Source: Candidatus Dadabacteria bacterium (GTDB lineage Bacteria > Desulfobacterota_D > UBA1144 > Nemesobacterales > CSP1-2). From it: 64,000 nt of DNA. Positions 1 through 9,783 of the stretch are shown here, piece by piece. A model generated the notes under the pieces. That model ran no database searches. It had not been told where the DNA came from and saw only the letters and a program-made list of their open reading frames with translations. Position 1 is the stretch's first letter. Each line of letters opens with the position of its first letter. Where the stretch lies: the NCBI GenBank assembly GCA_963805855.1, contig CAWDVW010000005.1:192001-256000 (forward strand), given 5' to 3'. A program made the translations under genes and the position numbers.

Positions 1-162
1 CAAATAGCTAAATGAGAAGAACAATAAATAACCCTGCAGTAAGCTGAAGGATATCAGCACGCGAAAAATAGCCTCTTCAGTAATTACCTTTCTTGCCACG
101 AGCAGGCCTGCCCTGAGTTAGATCGAAGGGACTCGTTGCCTACCCATGAGTAAGGTCACGTT

Positions 163-510
163 CTAGCCGAGTTTCCCGAGGGCTGACTCCTGATCAGTAT
201 AGATATCGACTATAGTGTCAAAACCGCTTACCCTGAAAATGTCTTTTACACTACCTACCAGACTGCATATGGCCAGCCTTCCGTCTTTTTCCTTCTGATG
301 CTTTGCTGAAGTAAGAACCACCCGTAGACCGGCACTGCTTATGTAATCTATCATTGAAAAGTCGAGTAAAATTGATTTTTCTCCGCTATCAATACACTGT
401 AGAACCTTTTCCTGAAAATCTTTCGCCGATCGTGAGTCGAGATGGCCTTGAGCCAGAATAACCAGCGTATTACCAACCCTATGCTCTTTTATATTCATTT
501 CTTCTCCCAT
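163..510 (-). CDS. STAS-domain anti-sigma factor antagonist
   Basis: 115 aa with G-x-LD, LDFSMIDYISSAGLRVVL (phosphorylatable Ser motif) and IFRVSGF, typical of RsbV/SpoIIAA. Confidence 0.93.
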   Translation of the reverse strand: MGEEMNIKEHRVGNTLVILAQGHLDSRSAKDFQEKVLQCIDSGEKSILLDFSMIDYISSAGLRVVLTSAKHQKEKDGRLAICSLVGSVKDIFRVSGFDTIVDIYTDQESALGKLG

Positions 511-559
511 ACGAAATCATTAAATCATGGAACTAGCAAAATTCCGAGAGTTTTCAGGT

Positions 560-1213
560 TTACCAATGATGCAATAACATGACATTCGCTAAGTCTGAAC
601 GTAATCGCTCGAGCACCTGTGATACCGCCTGTCCTATGAGATCCAGTCTTCTAATCTGTTCGATACGGGGGGCAAGTCTTTCTGCCTCATGCGAGCTGAG
701 AATTTTCGGAAAGAGCTTACATGCGTCAACAAGACTGACAAGCACGACATCTCTTGGTGCAGGAATTTCATCGCTCAAAAGCAAATCCAGAATCCTCCTC
801 TTAACCTCCTTTTCTTCGGTATCATCAACTACAGGATACCTCCGCGTCTCAAACACCCAAAGTATTTTCTTCTCTTTAACTTTCAGTATGCCCTTTTCCA
901 CCAACATGGTAAGAGCCTTATCCTTGATATCATCGCCATTTTTCGCGATTTCTGTAACCCAGTAACGAGTGCTGTAATCCTGGTTCGCCGCAGATATATT
1001 ACTAAGGTAACGATCGAGGATCTCTTCACCTGTTGGCGTACTGTCCACGACAAATAGTTTTTTAAGATCGGTGTCGATTTTGGATCTCAGAGCAAGATCC
1101 ATCAGAACAGCACCGGCCAGAGCATACCGTAATTCCGTCGAATCAGCATACGCAAATCTGCCAGATTCATCATCAAGTGTGAGTAGCAGTATTTCTTCGG
1201 CAAATGTCAGCAT
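560..1213 (-). CDS. GPP34/GOLPH3 (Vps74)-family protein
   Basis: MLTFAEEILLLTLDDESG, LAGAVLMDLAL, TGEEILD, LVEKGIL..KKILWVF..RYP pattern of bacterial GPP34 proteins. Confidence 0.88.
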   Translation of the reverse strand: MLTFAEEILLLTLDDESGRFAYADSTELRYALAGAVLMDLALRSKIDTDLKKLFVVDSTPTGEEILDRYLSNISAANQDYSTRYWVTEIAKNGDDIKDKALTMLVEKGILKVKEKKILWVFETRRYPVVDDTEEKEVKRRILDLLLSDEIPAPRDVVLVSLVDACKLFPKILSSHEAERLAPRIEQIRRLDLIGQAVSQVLERLRSDLANVMLLHHW

Positions 1214-1349
1214 CCATTTCTCCCTGAAACGATAAATATCGTGTCTTAATCTACAACCTCTCGACTACTTAATTATAGGACCACTCACGATTAGCAATAA
1301 TTATCTGATAATTATATTATCGGTTGATAAATCAAGTCAATAAGCCCTG

Positions 1350-1376
1350 AATCTACAAATCTACAAATCTACAAAT
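1350..1376. repeat. Short tandem repeat (AATCTACA)x3
   Basis: aatctaca aatctaca aatctaca aat read directly in the intergenic region. Confidence 0.85.
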
Positions 1377-1404
1377 ATCAAAATTAGACAAATAAAAAAC
1401 TTTC

Positions 1405-2247
1405 TTAATCATAAAATATAGCTGAAGCATAACCCACAACGCTGTTATAGTCCTGAGTCGTCTCGCCTGACGTGCCGTAAGAAAGGACCCTGCTTTCAGT
1501 AGCTCCACGCGCTTTTGCAATCATCATAGTCGACATCATCGCACCATAACCACAAGCTTCACATATATTTGACTGTATGTCTTCGAATAGCCTTTTCTCG
1601 TCAAACCCTTCTATATCGCTAATCACGATACCATCCATCTCTTTCGCGATTTTTGCTGGATAATAATGAGAAAGATCACTGCTGCCAACAATTAAACTAC
1701 TTTGATTTTCTAATCCCGGATCCGATAAGACCGTACAGACCGAATTAGATAACTCTTCAGCCATGAGATAATCCTGCTTTCCCATTAATACAGGAATCAA
1801 TTTGAAATCCCGAAGACAAACCTGCAAAAAAGGTATCTGAACCTCCAAGCTGTGTTCCTGAAAATGCCCTTTAGAAGCATTCATTATCGCCGGAGACTGA
1901 GAAACTATTGAGTCAGCAATTTCAATATTTGTACTTACAATTCCAAGCGGAGTTTCATAATTACCAAAGTAAATTGAGCAACCATCAAAGTACTCAAAGT
2001 GGCTGGGAGCTATTACAATAACATTATCATATTGCTTTGATTGTATCTGCTTATAAGCATTCGCCGCAATTCGACCTGAATATATATAACCTGCGTGCGG
2101 AGAAATGATTCCAATAATGCGGCCGTCAAATTGCTCTGAACCAGCATAGGCCAACATCCCCAGCACGATATTTTTTAGTTCATCTTTTTCCCCCGGATAA
2201 AACGTTCCGGCAACTGCAGGCCGCCTGACTAAGTTCTTTCTATCCAT
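1405..2247 (-). CDS. amrB: AmmeMemoRadiSam system protein B (MEMO1 family)
   Basis: RRPAVAGTFYP, PHAGYIYSG, PSH, EHSLEVQIPFLQ, SSDLSHY, CG, VVGYAS motifs. Confidence 0.93.
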   Translation of the reverse strand: MDRKNLVRRPAVAGTFYPGEKDELKNIVLGMLAYAGSEQFDGRIIGIISPHAGYIYSGRIAANAYKQIQSKQYDNVIVIAPSHFEYFDGCSIYFGNYETPLGIVSTNIEIADSIVSQSPAIMNASKGHFQEHSLEVQIPFLQVCLRDFKLIPVLMGKQDYLMAEELSNSVCTVLSDPGLENQSSLIVGSSDLSHYYPAKIAKEMDGIVISDIEGFDEKRLFEDIQSNICEACGYGAMMSTMMIAKARGATESRVLSYGTSGETTQDYNSVVGYASAIFYD

Positions 2248-2605
2248 AAAGTTGAAGATACTTAAAACATTTAATTCTTAGCTACTAACATAATTATAAC
2301 CCTCAAAGGCTAATACCCAAATTACAGGCTTCGTATTTGACAAACATCTGTCGCATCAACCTGATCCATATCCAACTATTTAAATTCTCAGAGAATGTAA
2401 ACTAAGTTTGTGAAATATAATCAGGGTTTACGCTATCGGTACTGATTTAATATCATGGTCTACGAATTTTGATTAGCAGATGAAACCCATCAAAAAAAAT
2501 ACTCTACTTCTAAAGATTCTCGAATTTTCACAGCCAAAACCCGGTCTTGAAATAAAAGAATAGAACATTCCCAGGTAGTTACAAATAAACTTTGGGAGTT
2601 ATCAT

Positions 2606-2640
2606 CCACGATATTCAACGACTTTCACGATATTTCGCGA
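2606..2640. promoter_or_regulatory. Candidate enhancer (UAS) palindromes TCACGA-N4-TCGYGA
   Basis: TCACGA TATT TCGCGA at 2625-2640 and weaker CCACGA TATT CAACGA at 2606-2621, about 100 bp upstream of a sigma-54 site; same motif recurs at 15214-15269. Confidence 0.55.
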
Positions 2641-2739
2641 AAATAAGCCGCATAAGGAGGAATATGGAAAATAAATGAAAATTTAAATTTGCCATTAATT
2701 AAAGGCTGTTGACTACATGTGAGTCTTAAAAAAATCCAT

Positions 2740-2755
2740 TGGCATGGATCTTGCA
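2740..2755 (+). promoter_or_regulatory. Sigma-54 (-24/-12) promoter
   Basis: TGGCATGGATCTTGCA, GG-N10-GC, 37 bp before the ATG at 2793. Confidence 0.75.
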
Positions 2756-2792
2756 TCTAATATGATTGAAACCATATTAATGGAGAGAGAAA

Positions 2793-3230
2793 ATGAAAGG
2801 TTTAATCGCTATCACACTTCTAATTACATTTATGACCACATCTAGCTCAATTGCTCAAAGCGATGACAAGCTGGAACCAACGTTGTTGGCAAAAGCTGAC
2901 AGCAAAGAATTATCGATTTCAAAAATCGCTCATGCACATGAGAAAATCAAGAGTAACATTGAAAGTGAATCAATAAGAAATAGTTATTCGGGCAACGGAC
3001 ATCCATATAACCAAGATCCCCAGCATTCTGGCGCCTTGGATTCAAGTGACGGCTCTAAAGATATATCTTTATTGATTAAGAATGAATTGGATTTAGAAAA
3101 GGACCTTGATCTTGAGTATAAAGCACCAAGACTGAAAGCCGAACAATTGCCTCTTCTTATGTCCACCAAGGATAGAAAAACAAAGGGTGCGGTGTTTCCG
3201 CCATTTCTCTATCTTAAGAAACAATTCTAA
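2793..3230 (+). CDS. Hypothetical secreted protein
   Basis: 145 aa, N-terminal signal peptide (MKGLIAITLLITF..SIA), GGAGAG RBS; no family recognised. Confidence 0.7.
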   Translation: MKGLIAITLLITFMTTSSSIAQSDDKLEPTLLAKADSKELSISKIAHAHEKIKSNIESESIRNSYSGNGHPYNQDPQHSGALDSSDGSKDISLLIKNELDLEKDLDLEYKAPRLKAEQLPLLMSTKDRKTKGAVFPPFLYLKKQF

Positions 3231-3395
3231 CTTTATGAGCCTTACACTCCCTAGCAGCACTTAAATTTCGTTTAATTATTGGGTTAAGTGCATCGTCACC
3301 AGGGTTTCTTTTTAGTCGTACGAGAGTTTGTCGTATTTTTTCAACTTACGCGAAGTAACCTACACACCACAGTTATATTAGAGAATTATCTGACG

Positions 3396-4175
3396 TTACT
3401 TGCTCAGGAAATTAACGAGAAGTATGATTCCCGAGGAGACTAAAACTATTCCTAAAGGAGTGCTGATACGACGCCCCCATGACACATTCTTTTCTATCGC
3501 CATTATAAGGGCCAGAACAAACATCCAACCAACGCTCCCAAAACCCACAATAAACATGAGGAGCATCAATGCCCAGCAGCAACCAACACAAAAAACACCG
3601 TGGTCAATGCCAAGTCGCAGGGCCAGCCATTTATACCTGCGACCCTGCCAGTGCTCAATCACAAAACTAAAGGGGGATCTGCACTTGTCGAGGCAGCGGT
3701 ATTTGAGTGACGTAAATTGGAAAAACCCCGCGAGAATCAGTAATGAAGGCACAGCGACCCAGGAATTGTTTTTTAGGACCGGGATAGAATTTACTAACAG
3801 ATGCAGCAACAGATATGTTACATATACAATTACCCCAAATGATGCCCAGGTCATTATATAACCTATAACCACAAGTCCTAAAAGTAGGAATCTATCCCCT
3901 CGTGCGCTCGCTATTGTATGGAAAGTAGATATGATTGGGAGTGTCGTAGGCAGCATCATCGCGACTATCATCACGGCCCAGCCACCTGTAAAAAGAAGTA
4001 ATATTGACCCGGAAACCCCCGCATGGTGGCCTAGATGGTGTGCATGTAATGCCCCATTCGCAAAATCATCAGCGAACCACAGTGCCACCCATGCCGCTAA
4101 AGCCAGAATAATAATCGAACCAAACAATATAGCTCGTTCCACCGCAGGAGGTGCAGAGCCTCTGTACATTGACAT
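3396..4175 (-). CDS. DUF2182 putative metal-binding membrane protein
   Basis: His-rich loop, WAVMIVAMMLP, FQFTSLKYRCLDKCRSP, CVGCCWALM; adjacent to DUF1326. Confidence 0.92.
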   Translation of the reverse strand: MSMYRGSAPPAVERAILFGSIIILALAAWVALWFADDFANGALHAHHLGHHAGVSGSILLLFTGGWAVMIVAMMLPTTLPIISTFHTIASARGDRFLLLGLVVIGYIMTWASFGVIVYVTYLLLHLLVNSIPVLKNNSWVAVPSLLILAGFFQFTSLKYRCLDKCRSPFSFVIEHWQGRRYKWLALRLGIDHGVFCVGCCWALMLLMFIVGFGSVGWMFVLALIMAIEKNVSWGRRISTPLGIVLVSSGIILLVNFLSK

Positions 4176-4277
4176 TTATCTCAACCTCATAAGCTACAAG
4201 GATTCTTAAATACGAGCAGTTCTTCCGTGTCTAATACATCAATAGTGTGAATGCCTTCTTTGACAACTTAGAACACG

Positions 4278-4886
4278 CTAACCGACGAAGCGGAATTCTC
4301 CCTGTATGGCATTATGGTTTTTGAGGTCTAAATCCATCAGGCCAAATTTCGAGCTATGTCGTTTGAAGCTCGATGCCTTGCTTAGCCAGGCTGCTGATCC
4401 AGGAATCGTGGTAAAAGCAGAATCAACTAACGTGGTAACCTTACCATCGGGGCCTCTGTAAGGCTCCATCTCAGCTTCTGCATATGGACCGAGTTTTAAT
4501 TTGCCCTTCCCCTCCACTACCTCAAATGTGATCGGCACCCGCTCGACGGCAACAACTTCACCGGTCAATTTAGCCAAATCAGCAAGCGGCCCGCCCAGTT
4601 TGCCACTAAATACATTCAGCAAAGCTTCTTCTTGCTCCTTCGTAGCCTTTTCATCGATAAAAAAGACGACGCGCCAATTGCCTTCAAGAATGTTTCCCGG
4701 AATATGGTTCATAGTACCAAAAACTACACCTGAGACGTCTACCCCGTCGATCGTACCCTTATCTACTCGGTAACCCCACGCTGCATCGCATGTACCTTCA
4801 CCATCCGGGTCCTCGGCAACCCAGCAAGGACAAAGGACATTGCAGGTACAAACTTCTAAAAGACTTCCTTGAAAATCATAAGCCAT
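4278..4886 (-). CDS. DUF1326 family protein
   Basis: EVCTCNVLCPC N-terminal Cys motif, G.IDGVDVSG, IDEKA..EQ.EAL..VFSGKLGGP. Confidence 0.92.
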   Translation of the reverse strand: MAYDFQGSLLEVCTCNVLCPCWVAEDPDGEGTCDAAWGYRVDKGTIDGVDVSGVVFGTMNHIPGNILEGNWRVVFFIDEKATKEQEEALLNVFSGKLGGPLADLAKLTGEVVAVERVPITFEVVEGKGKLKLGPYAEAEMEPYRGPDGKVTTLVDSAFTTIPGSAAWLSKASSFKRHSSKFGLMDLDLKNHNAIQGEFRFVG

Positions 4887-5033
4887 GTTATTCCCTCCAT
4901 TAACGGAATTTAGTTACCCCGCTGAATAGCTTCAATGATAAATTAAATCGAAAAAAATTCAAGCTTAACTAGATCAAAATTTTAGGTTAATGAAATTACA
5001 TTAATTAAAACAGCTCCCTGTAAACTGGTATTT

Positions 5034-6233
5034 TCATCTGCTCTCGCCACCGATCTTTACTGCATCCGGCGATTGCTTTAGTCTATACATTGACACCACA
5101 CCAAATAGCGGCCCGATGGCCAGTACCGAAAATGCCCAATGCCATGACAAGAAGTCTACTAATACCGGTAAGAGACGAATTGAGGCCATAGTTAATAGGA
5201 ATCCCATACATGTTTGCATGGTCAATGCTGTTCCCATATATTCTGGATCCCCCAATTCAGTGACACTGGCAGAAAACTGGGCGGAATCCGCCGGGACAGC
5301 AAACCCCCATATCAGACAAATAGTTATCAGTGCGATTGGATTGTAACCGAAAAGAAAACCGGACAATATACAACAGGTCCCACTAATAAGCATCGATATG
5401 ATCGTAATCGTCGTGCGACCATAACGATCCGCGAGAATTCCAGCAGCCACGCATCCAATACCGCCAATACCTATTACAGAAAATGATGCGAGAGCTGCCC
5501 AGGATTCTGAATCTTCCAGACCACTCCTCTTAAAACTCTCAAACAAAAACAGCGGAACCCATGCCCATACCGCATATAGCTCCCACATATGTCCGAAGTA
5601 ACCAAAATCGGCCAGTCGTACTCCGCGGTCGCTAAGAGACTTTCCAATGTAACGCCAATCGAATCTTGCACCCTCTGTATGATAAGGACCATCTTTTACA
5701 AATATTAAGCAGATTAGCCCGGCAGCAATTGACAAAGCAGAGGCTATAAGCATAAGCTGCCGCCAATCCGGATGACCTATAACTTTTAACAAATGAGGAA
5801 ATGCGGAACCTACAGTCAAAGCACCAACTAATATACCGATTGCCATCCCTCTACCGCTTTTAAACCAGGTCGCCATTATTTTCATAGCGGGAGGATATAC
5901 ACCTGCCAGACAAACACCCGTAAAAAAGCGAAGAATTATCGCGGCACCCGCACCTTCGACAAACAAGCCTATCGAACCATTAAAAATTGCACCAACAAAT
6001 GCGCCAACCGAGAACACATACCGGGCCTTAAATATGTCGGATAAGTTCAAAAGGGCACTCAAAAATGCCCCTACTACGAAACCGATCTGAACCGACATTG
6101 TAAGCCACGCCTCTCCCGATTTGCTAAGTTGCCACTGCTCAACCAAAGTGGGAGCAACAGCCGATGCGGAAAACCACAATGCCATTCCGAGCAACTCTGC
6201 AATCGAGAGCAATATTAAGATGCGCCATTTCAT
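5034..6233 (-). CDS. MFS transporter
   Basis: About 12 hydrophobic helices, ADRYGR loop, LWFSASAV, GHMWELYA. Confidence 0.9.
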   Translation of the reverse strand: MKWRILILLSIAELLGMALWFSASAVAPTLVEQWQLSKSGEAWLTMSVQIGFVVGAFLSALLNLSDIFKARYVFSVGAFVGAIFNGSIGLFVEGAGAAIILRFFTGVCLAGVYPPAMKIMATWFKSGRGMAIGILVGALTVGSAFPHLLKVIGHPDWRQLMLIASALSIAAGLICLIFVKDGPYHTEGARFDWRYIGKSLSDRGVRLADFGYFGHMWELYAVWAWVPLFLFESFKRSGLEDSESWAALASFSVIGIGGIGCVAAGILADRYGRTTITIISMLISGTCCILSGFLFGYNPIALITICLIWGFAVPADSAQFSASVTELGDPEYMGTALTMQTCMGFLLTMASIRLLPVLVDFLSWHWAFSVLAIGPLFGVVSMYRLKQSPDAVKIGGESR

Positions 6234-6399
6234 ATGATAAGCTCCCTATTTTCTTGAACACACAATCTATTTGACAGGATTAAGACTTTATATCAATTTA
6301 AAAAACTAAACAATTCTGATGTAATTTTAGTTATGATTCTTCAGAAGAGGTTCGGGGAAGAAATGCAGATCCTTGCGCATTTGCAATTTTCAATCAGCT

Positions 6400-6596
6400 A
6401 CGACGCCGTCTTGTGATCCGGTAATGTTAAGTTGAAATATTGTCTCAGCGTTTTCTACATCTGAGCTTGATTGCGATGATTAAAAAGAATTCGTTGACAG
6501 ATGGTTGGATTTAAGGATGATGAGGGTTCTGCATCGAAACTGACAACTATCGGAACCGAGGTGTATATCTGAGATAAAAATCGTATCTACTTTCAA
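6400..6596 (-). pseudogene. Remnant of a calcineurin-like metallophosphoesterase (LpxH/LpxH2-like)
   Basis: 6596-6540 translates LKVDTIFISDIHLGSDSCQ (DxH motif I); the frame then degenerates and stops; lower boundary approximate. Confidence 0.6.
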
Positions 6597-6905
6597 CTGT
6601 TATATGTTGCGTTTGTTATCGTACTTAAAAAAACATACATTTATCCAAAAATCTCTGCTCAGATTGATACTGTGATAACTTGTTATACTATGATTATAGA
6701 CGGTTAGCTCTGAACTATCAAGTAATGAGTTAAGTGTTTAACAAAGCGTTAACAGTACCTTAATGCTATGCAAATAATTTAGGCAATTCTTGAAGGTAAA
6801 ATATTATCAATTACGTATAAGTTACTTTTATCCTGAAAAAATAGCTAAATGCTCGCTTAAGAATTTAGAAGATGTGCCCTTGGATTTGGTTCCGATAATT
6901 AGAGA

Positions 6906-7292
6906 CTAACGCAGGTCTTGCACAAGTTCGATCAGATGTCCGTCAGGGTCACGAACATACGCAGTGCGTTGTCCCCAAGGACGGGTAGTCGGATGCATTG
7001 CGGCTCTTGCGCCTTTTTGAACAATCTCTACAAACGCTGCATCCACATCTTGAACCTTGAATCCGACTTCAAATGCAGGTGTTTCATCACCGGGAGGCTT
7101 TAGTGAAAAGCCCAAAGTCTTTGCCATAGCCTCCCTTGTATAGAACGCAAGACGAGTAGCTCCGGTATTAAGTTGCGCGTAATCGCCTGAACGGTGTCCC
7201 AATTGAAGCCCTAAAACATCCGTATAAAAGTTTAAGGCTCTGTCCAGATCCTCAACAATCAAAACCACATAATCAGGAAAACTTAGTTCCAA
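6906..7292 (-). CDS. VOC/glyoxalase family protein
   Basis: V.DLDRALNFYTDVLGL, PWGQRTAYVRDPDGHLIEL. Confidence 0.92.
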   Translation of the reverse strand: MELSFPDYVVLIVEDLDRALNFYTDVLGLQLGHRSGDYAQLNTGATRLAFYTREAMAKTLGFSLKPPGDETPAFEVGFKVQDVDAAFVEIVQKGARAAMHPTTRPWGQRTAYVRDPDGHLIELVQDLR

Positions 7293-7328
7293 TAAATACC
7301 TCTAAATATTTATTCCAAAGAAGCAAAT

Positions 7329-8162
7329 TTAGGCGTACAATACACTCGCAAAAACCTGACGGTACTCCTTCGTTACTTCGTGATCTTCCCCCAAAAATCT
7401 AAAGATAGCAACACATGCTTTCCTTGAACCGTCATTGTCATAATAACGGTCTTTACGAATCACATCTATGAAACTATCCAATGCATCCCCGAAGTCCTGG
7501 GATCTTAAGCTCTTAATAGCAGATAAGTATCTCTCCCTTACCGCACCCTCTTTTAAGGGCGTGGAATCTTCTAGGTACAAAAACAATTCACCGAATGTTT
7601 TTATCGCTTCCGCCATATCTGAATATTCTGAGGTCGGCCCTATACGATCAACAATTTCTAAAGCCTTTCCGGGGTCTGAGAAGACATATGTTCTAGCGAG
7701 CAATGTAATTGCTAAATCGTTATTTTCTTCGGCAGCGACTACTTCCTCAAGAATTTTCCGTGCCTCGATAATCCTCCCTTCATCGAGCAAACGCTGCGCA
7801 TCTTTTATCTGATTATGAAACTTACTGGGCAGTGCTTTGATTAGCCAGCCTCTCACCATGTTCTCAGGCAGTGCGCCTATAAACCCGTCCACAACCTTCC
7901 CGTCAACAAAGAGCTTCACATTTGGTATACTTCGAATACCATAACGAGCCGAAAGCTCAGGGTGTTTGTCCGTGTTCAGCTTTGCTAAAGCCCACCTGTC
8001 GTTGCTTTCTTCAGCTAACCTTTCAAGGACGGGTCCCAAAACCCTGCAAGGACCACACCATTCCGCCCAGAAGTCCACCAGCACAGGCATGCTGTAACTT
8101 CTTTCAAGAACATCTTTTTCGAAGTTATCAGTGTCGTAATTTGCGGAAGTCATATTATTCAT
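7329..8162 (-). CDS. Thioredoxin-TPR chaperedoxin (YbbN/CnoX-like)
   Basis: VLVDFWAEWCGPC, IRSIP, FIGALPE, then helical TPR region ending YRQVFASVLY. Confidence 0.92.
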   Translation of the reverse strand: MNNMTSANYDTDNFEKDVLERSYSMPVLVDFWAEWCGPCRVLGPVLERLAEESNDRWALAKLNTDKHPELSARYGIRSIPNVKLFVDGKVVDGFIGALPENMVRGWLIKALPSKFHNQIKDAQRLLDEGRIIEARKILEEVVAAEENNDLAITLLARTYVFSDPGKALEIVDRIGPTSEYSDMAEAIKTFGELFLYLEDSTPLKEGAVRERYLSAIKSLRSQDFGDALDSFIDVIRKDRYYDNDGSRKACVAIFRFLGEDHEVTKEYRQVFASVLYA

Positions 8163-8191
8163 TTCTTCACCTCAAAGTTTCATTAATTCAA

Positions 8192-8953
8192 TCATCGTAA
8201 AAAATTATTCTTCTCTAAATACTTGAGAATTTGTTTAGCAGATTCTCTTACGGATAGATTCTCGGCTTTAATTATTATTTCCGGATGCTTAGGTCCCTCA
8301 TATTCTATCGAGACCCCTACAAAATTGTCCAACTCCCCGTTCATCGCCTTCCTATATAATCCTCGATTATCATTCCTAATGCAATAATCGAGAGTCACAT
8401 GAACGTATATTTCTATATAATTAATTAGATTTTGTCGGAGATAATTCCTCGTCTCTTCAAAGGGACTTTCGAACGATCCTATGACGCTTGTATTATTATT
8501 TTGAAGTATCTTAATCAAAGAACCTATCTTCTTTATATGTTCTTTCCTGTTCTCGGGAGAGTATCCGATTTCCGGGAATATTTCGCGTATTTTTCTTCCA
8601 TTAAAGTATTCAACCCGAATCTTCCTTTCTTGGAGTTTCTCATATATTGATTGCGAAATTTGAGACTTGCCACATCCTGAAAGACCGGTAAACCACAATA
8701 CTAATGGCTTTGTCTCATGAATCCCAAATTCAACTTTTGCCCATGACCGTTCGTGAATAAAATATACCAACATTTTTAAGAAAGCCTCAATCAGCCCAAT
8801 CTGTAGAGCTATATCAATCCTTTTCGTAATCGCCAATGCAATTATGATAGTTGTTATGGTGGCTGTGACACGCCACGATAGGGTCTTCACGAAACTCCTA
8901 ATCTTTGTCTCTATGATCATCGATATCTCCTCCAAAACTTTTATGGAAATCAC
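8192..8953 (-). CDS. cysC: DUF2061 membrane domain fused to adenylyl-sulfate kinase
   Basis: N-terminal RSFVKTLSWR..YFIHERSW (DUF2061); LWFTGLSGCGKS P-loop, GLYRKA..GE..NFVGVS..YE.P. Confidence 0.8.
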   Translation of the reverse strand: MISIKVLEEISMIIETKIRSFVKTLSWRVTATITTIIIALAITKRIDIALQIGLIEAFLKMLVYFIHERSWAKVEFGIHETKPLVLWFTGLSGCGKSQISQSIYEKLQERKIRVEYFNGRKIREIFPEIGYSPENRKEHIKKIGSLIKILQNNNTSVIGSFESPFEETRNYLRQNLINYIEIYVHVTLDYCIRNDNRGLYRKAMNGELDNFVGVSIEYEGPKHPEIIIKAENLSVRESAKQILKYLEKNNFLR

Positions 8954-9454
8954 CAGAAATATTAACCATTGCTATTCGCTATTTCACGGTCCGCGCTCCA
9001 GAAGAAGGATTGTACTATGCCGAGGAGTAGCTATCTCTTCATTCGTAAATTATTTCCCATTTGTTCCTGAATTTCCGTGGGCAACAATTACATCATCCAA
9101 GTTATAAAACCCGAAAAGAGAATGAACTAGGAGTCAAATACTCATTGTCCAAGACAAAGGATGTTAAGGTATGTGTTATTTTCTCTTCTGAAAAAAGGGG
9201 AGCATTAGCGACAAATGTCAAACAGATGTAGAGAAAAAATCGAAAACCCATAGGATCTAGCAATCGCTTCGGTAGATACTATAACAGTGAAGATTTAATT
9301 AGCAAACAAATCCTAGCAGAACCGGACAAAATCAAGTTTAAGACGATCCAACGGAAGATGAAAGTTCCTTATCGGATTCACTCGACATTAGCGATTCCAA
9401 CCTGTAAAGTGTATATTCTTGATAGACTTAACAGGTGTTAGTGGACCTTAGATA

Positions 9455-9655
9455 ATGAGGACAATAATAATAATGGTCGTCCTGGGATTATCGCTGGGAT
9501 TTCTAGGATGCCCCCAGAAAGACGAGCCCATAGATGATGATCAAGATATCGTGATCGAGGATAACGCCGAAAATGTGCAAGAAGAGGAGACGAAAGAAGA
9601 GGATGAAAAACATATGGATGATCCGGGAGACATCTTGCAAGACCTCACATTCTAA
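9455..9655 (+). CDS. Small acidic lipoprotein
   Basis: Signal peptide with lipobox FLGC followed by a D/E-rich tail. Confidence 0.7.
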   Translation: MRTIIIMVVLGLSLGFLGCPQKDEPIDDDQDIVIEDNAENVQEEETKEEDEKHMDDPGDILQDLTF

Positions 9656-9783
9656 CATTATAGATTACTTTCGCGTCCGAAACTTATCCTATCCACATGA
9701 TTGCGATAAATTTTATACTCAGTGTCGCTCCGTTATTCTACTTATCCAACAACCCGGACACTTGATCTAAGAGTAAGAGTCAG

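Noticed and set aside
1350-1376. AATCTACA repeat as CRISPR or element-end remnant
   Set aside because: Contiguous 8-mers without spacers; a simple slippage repeat
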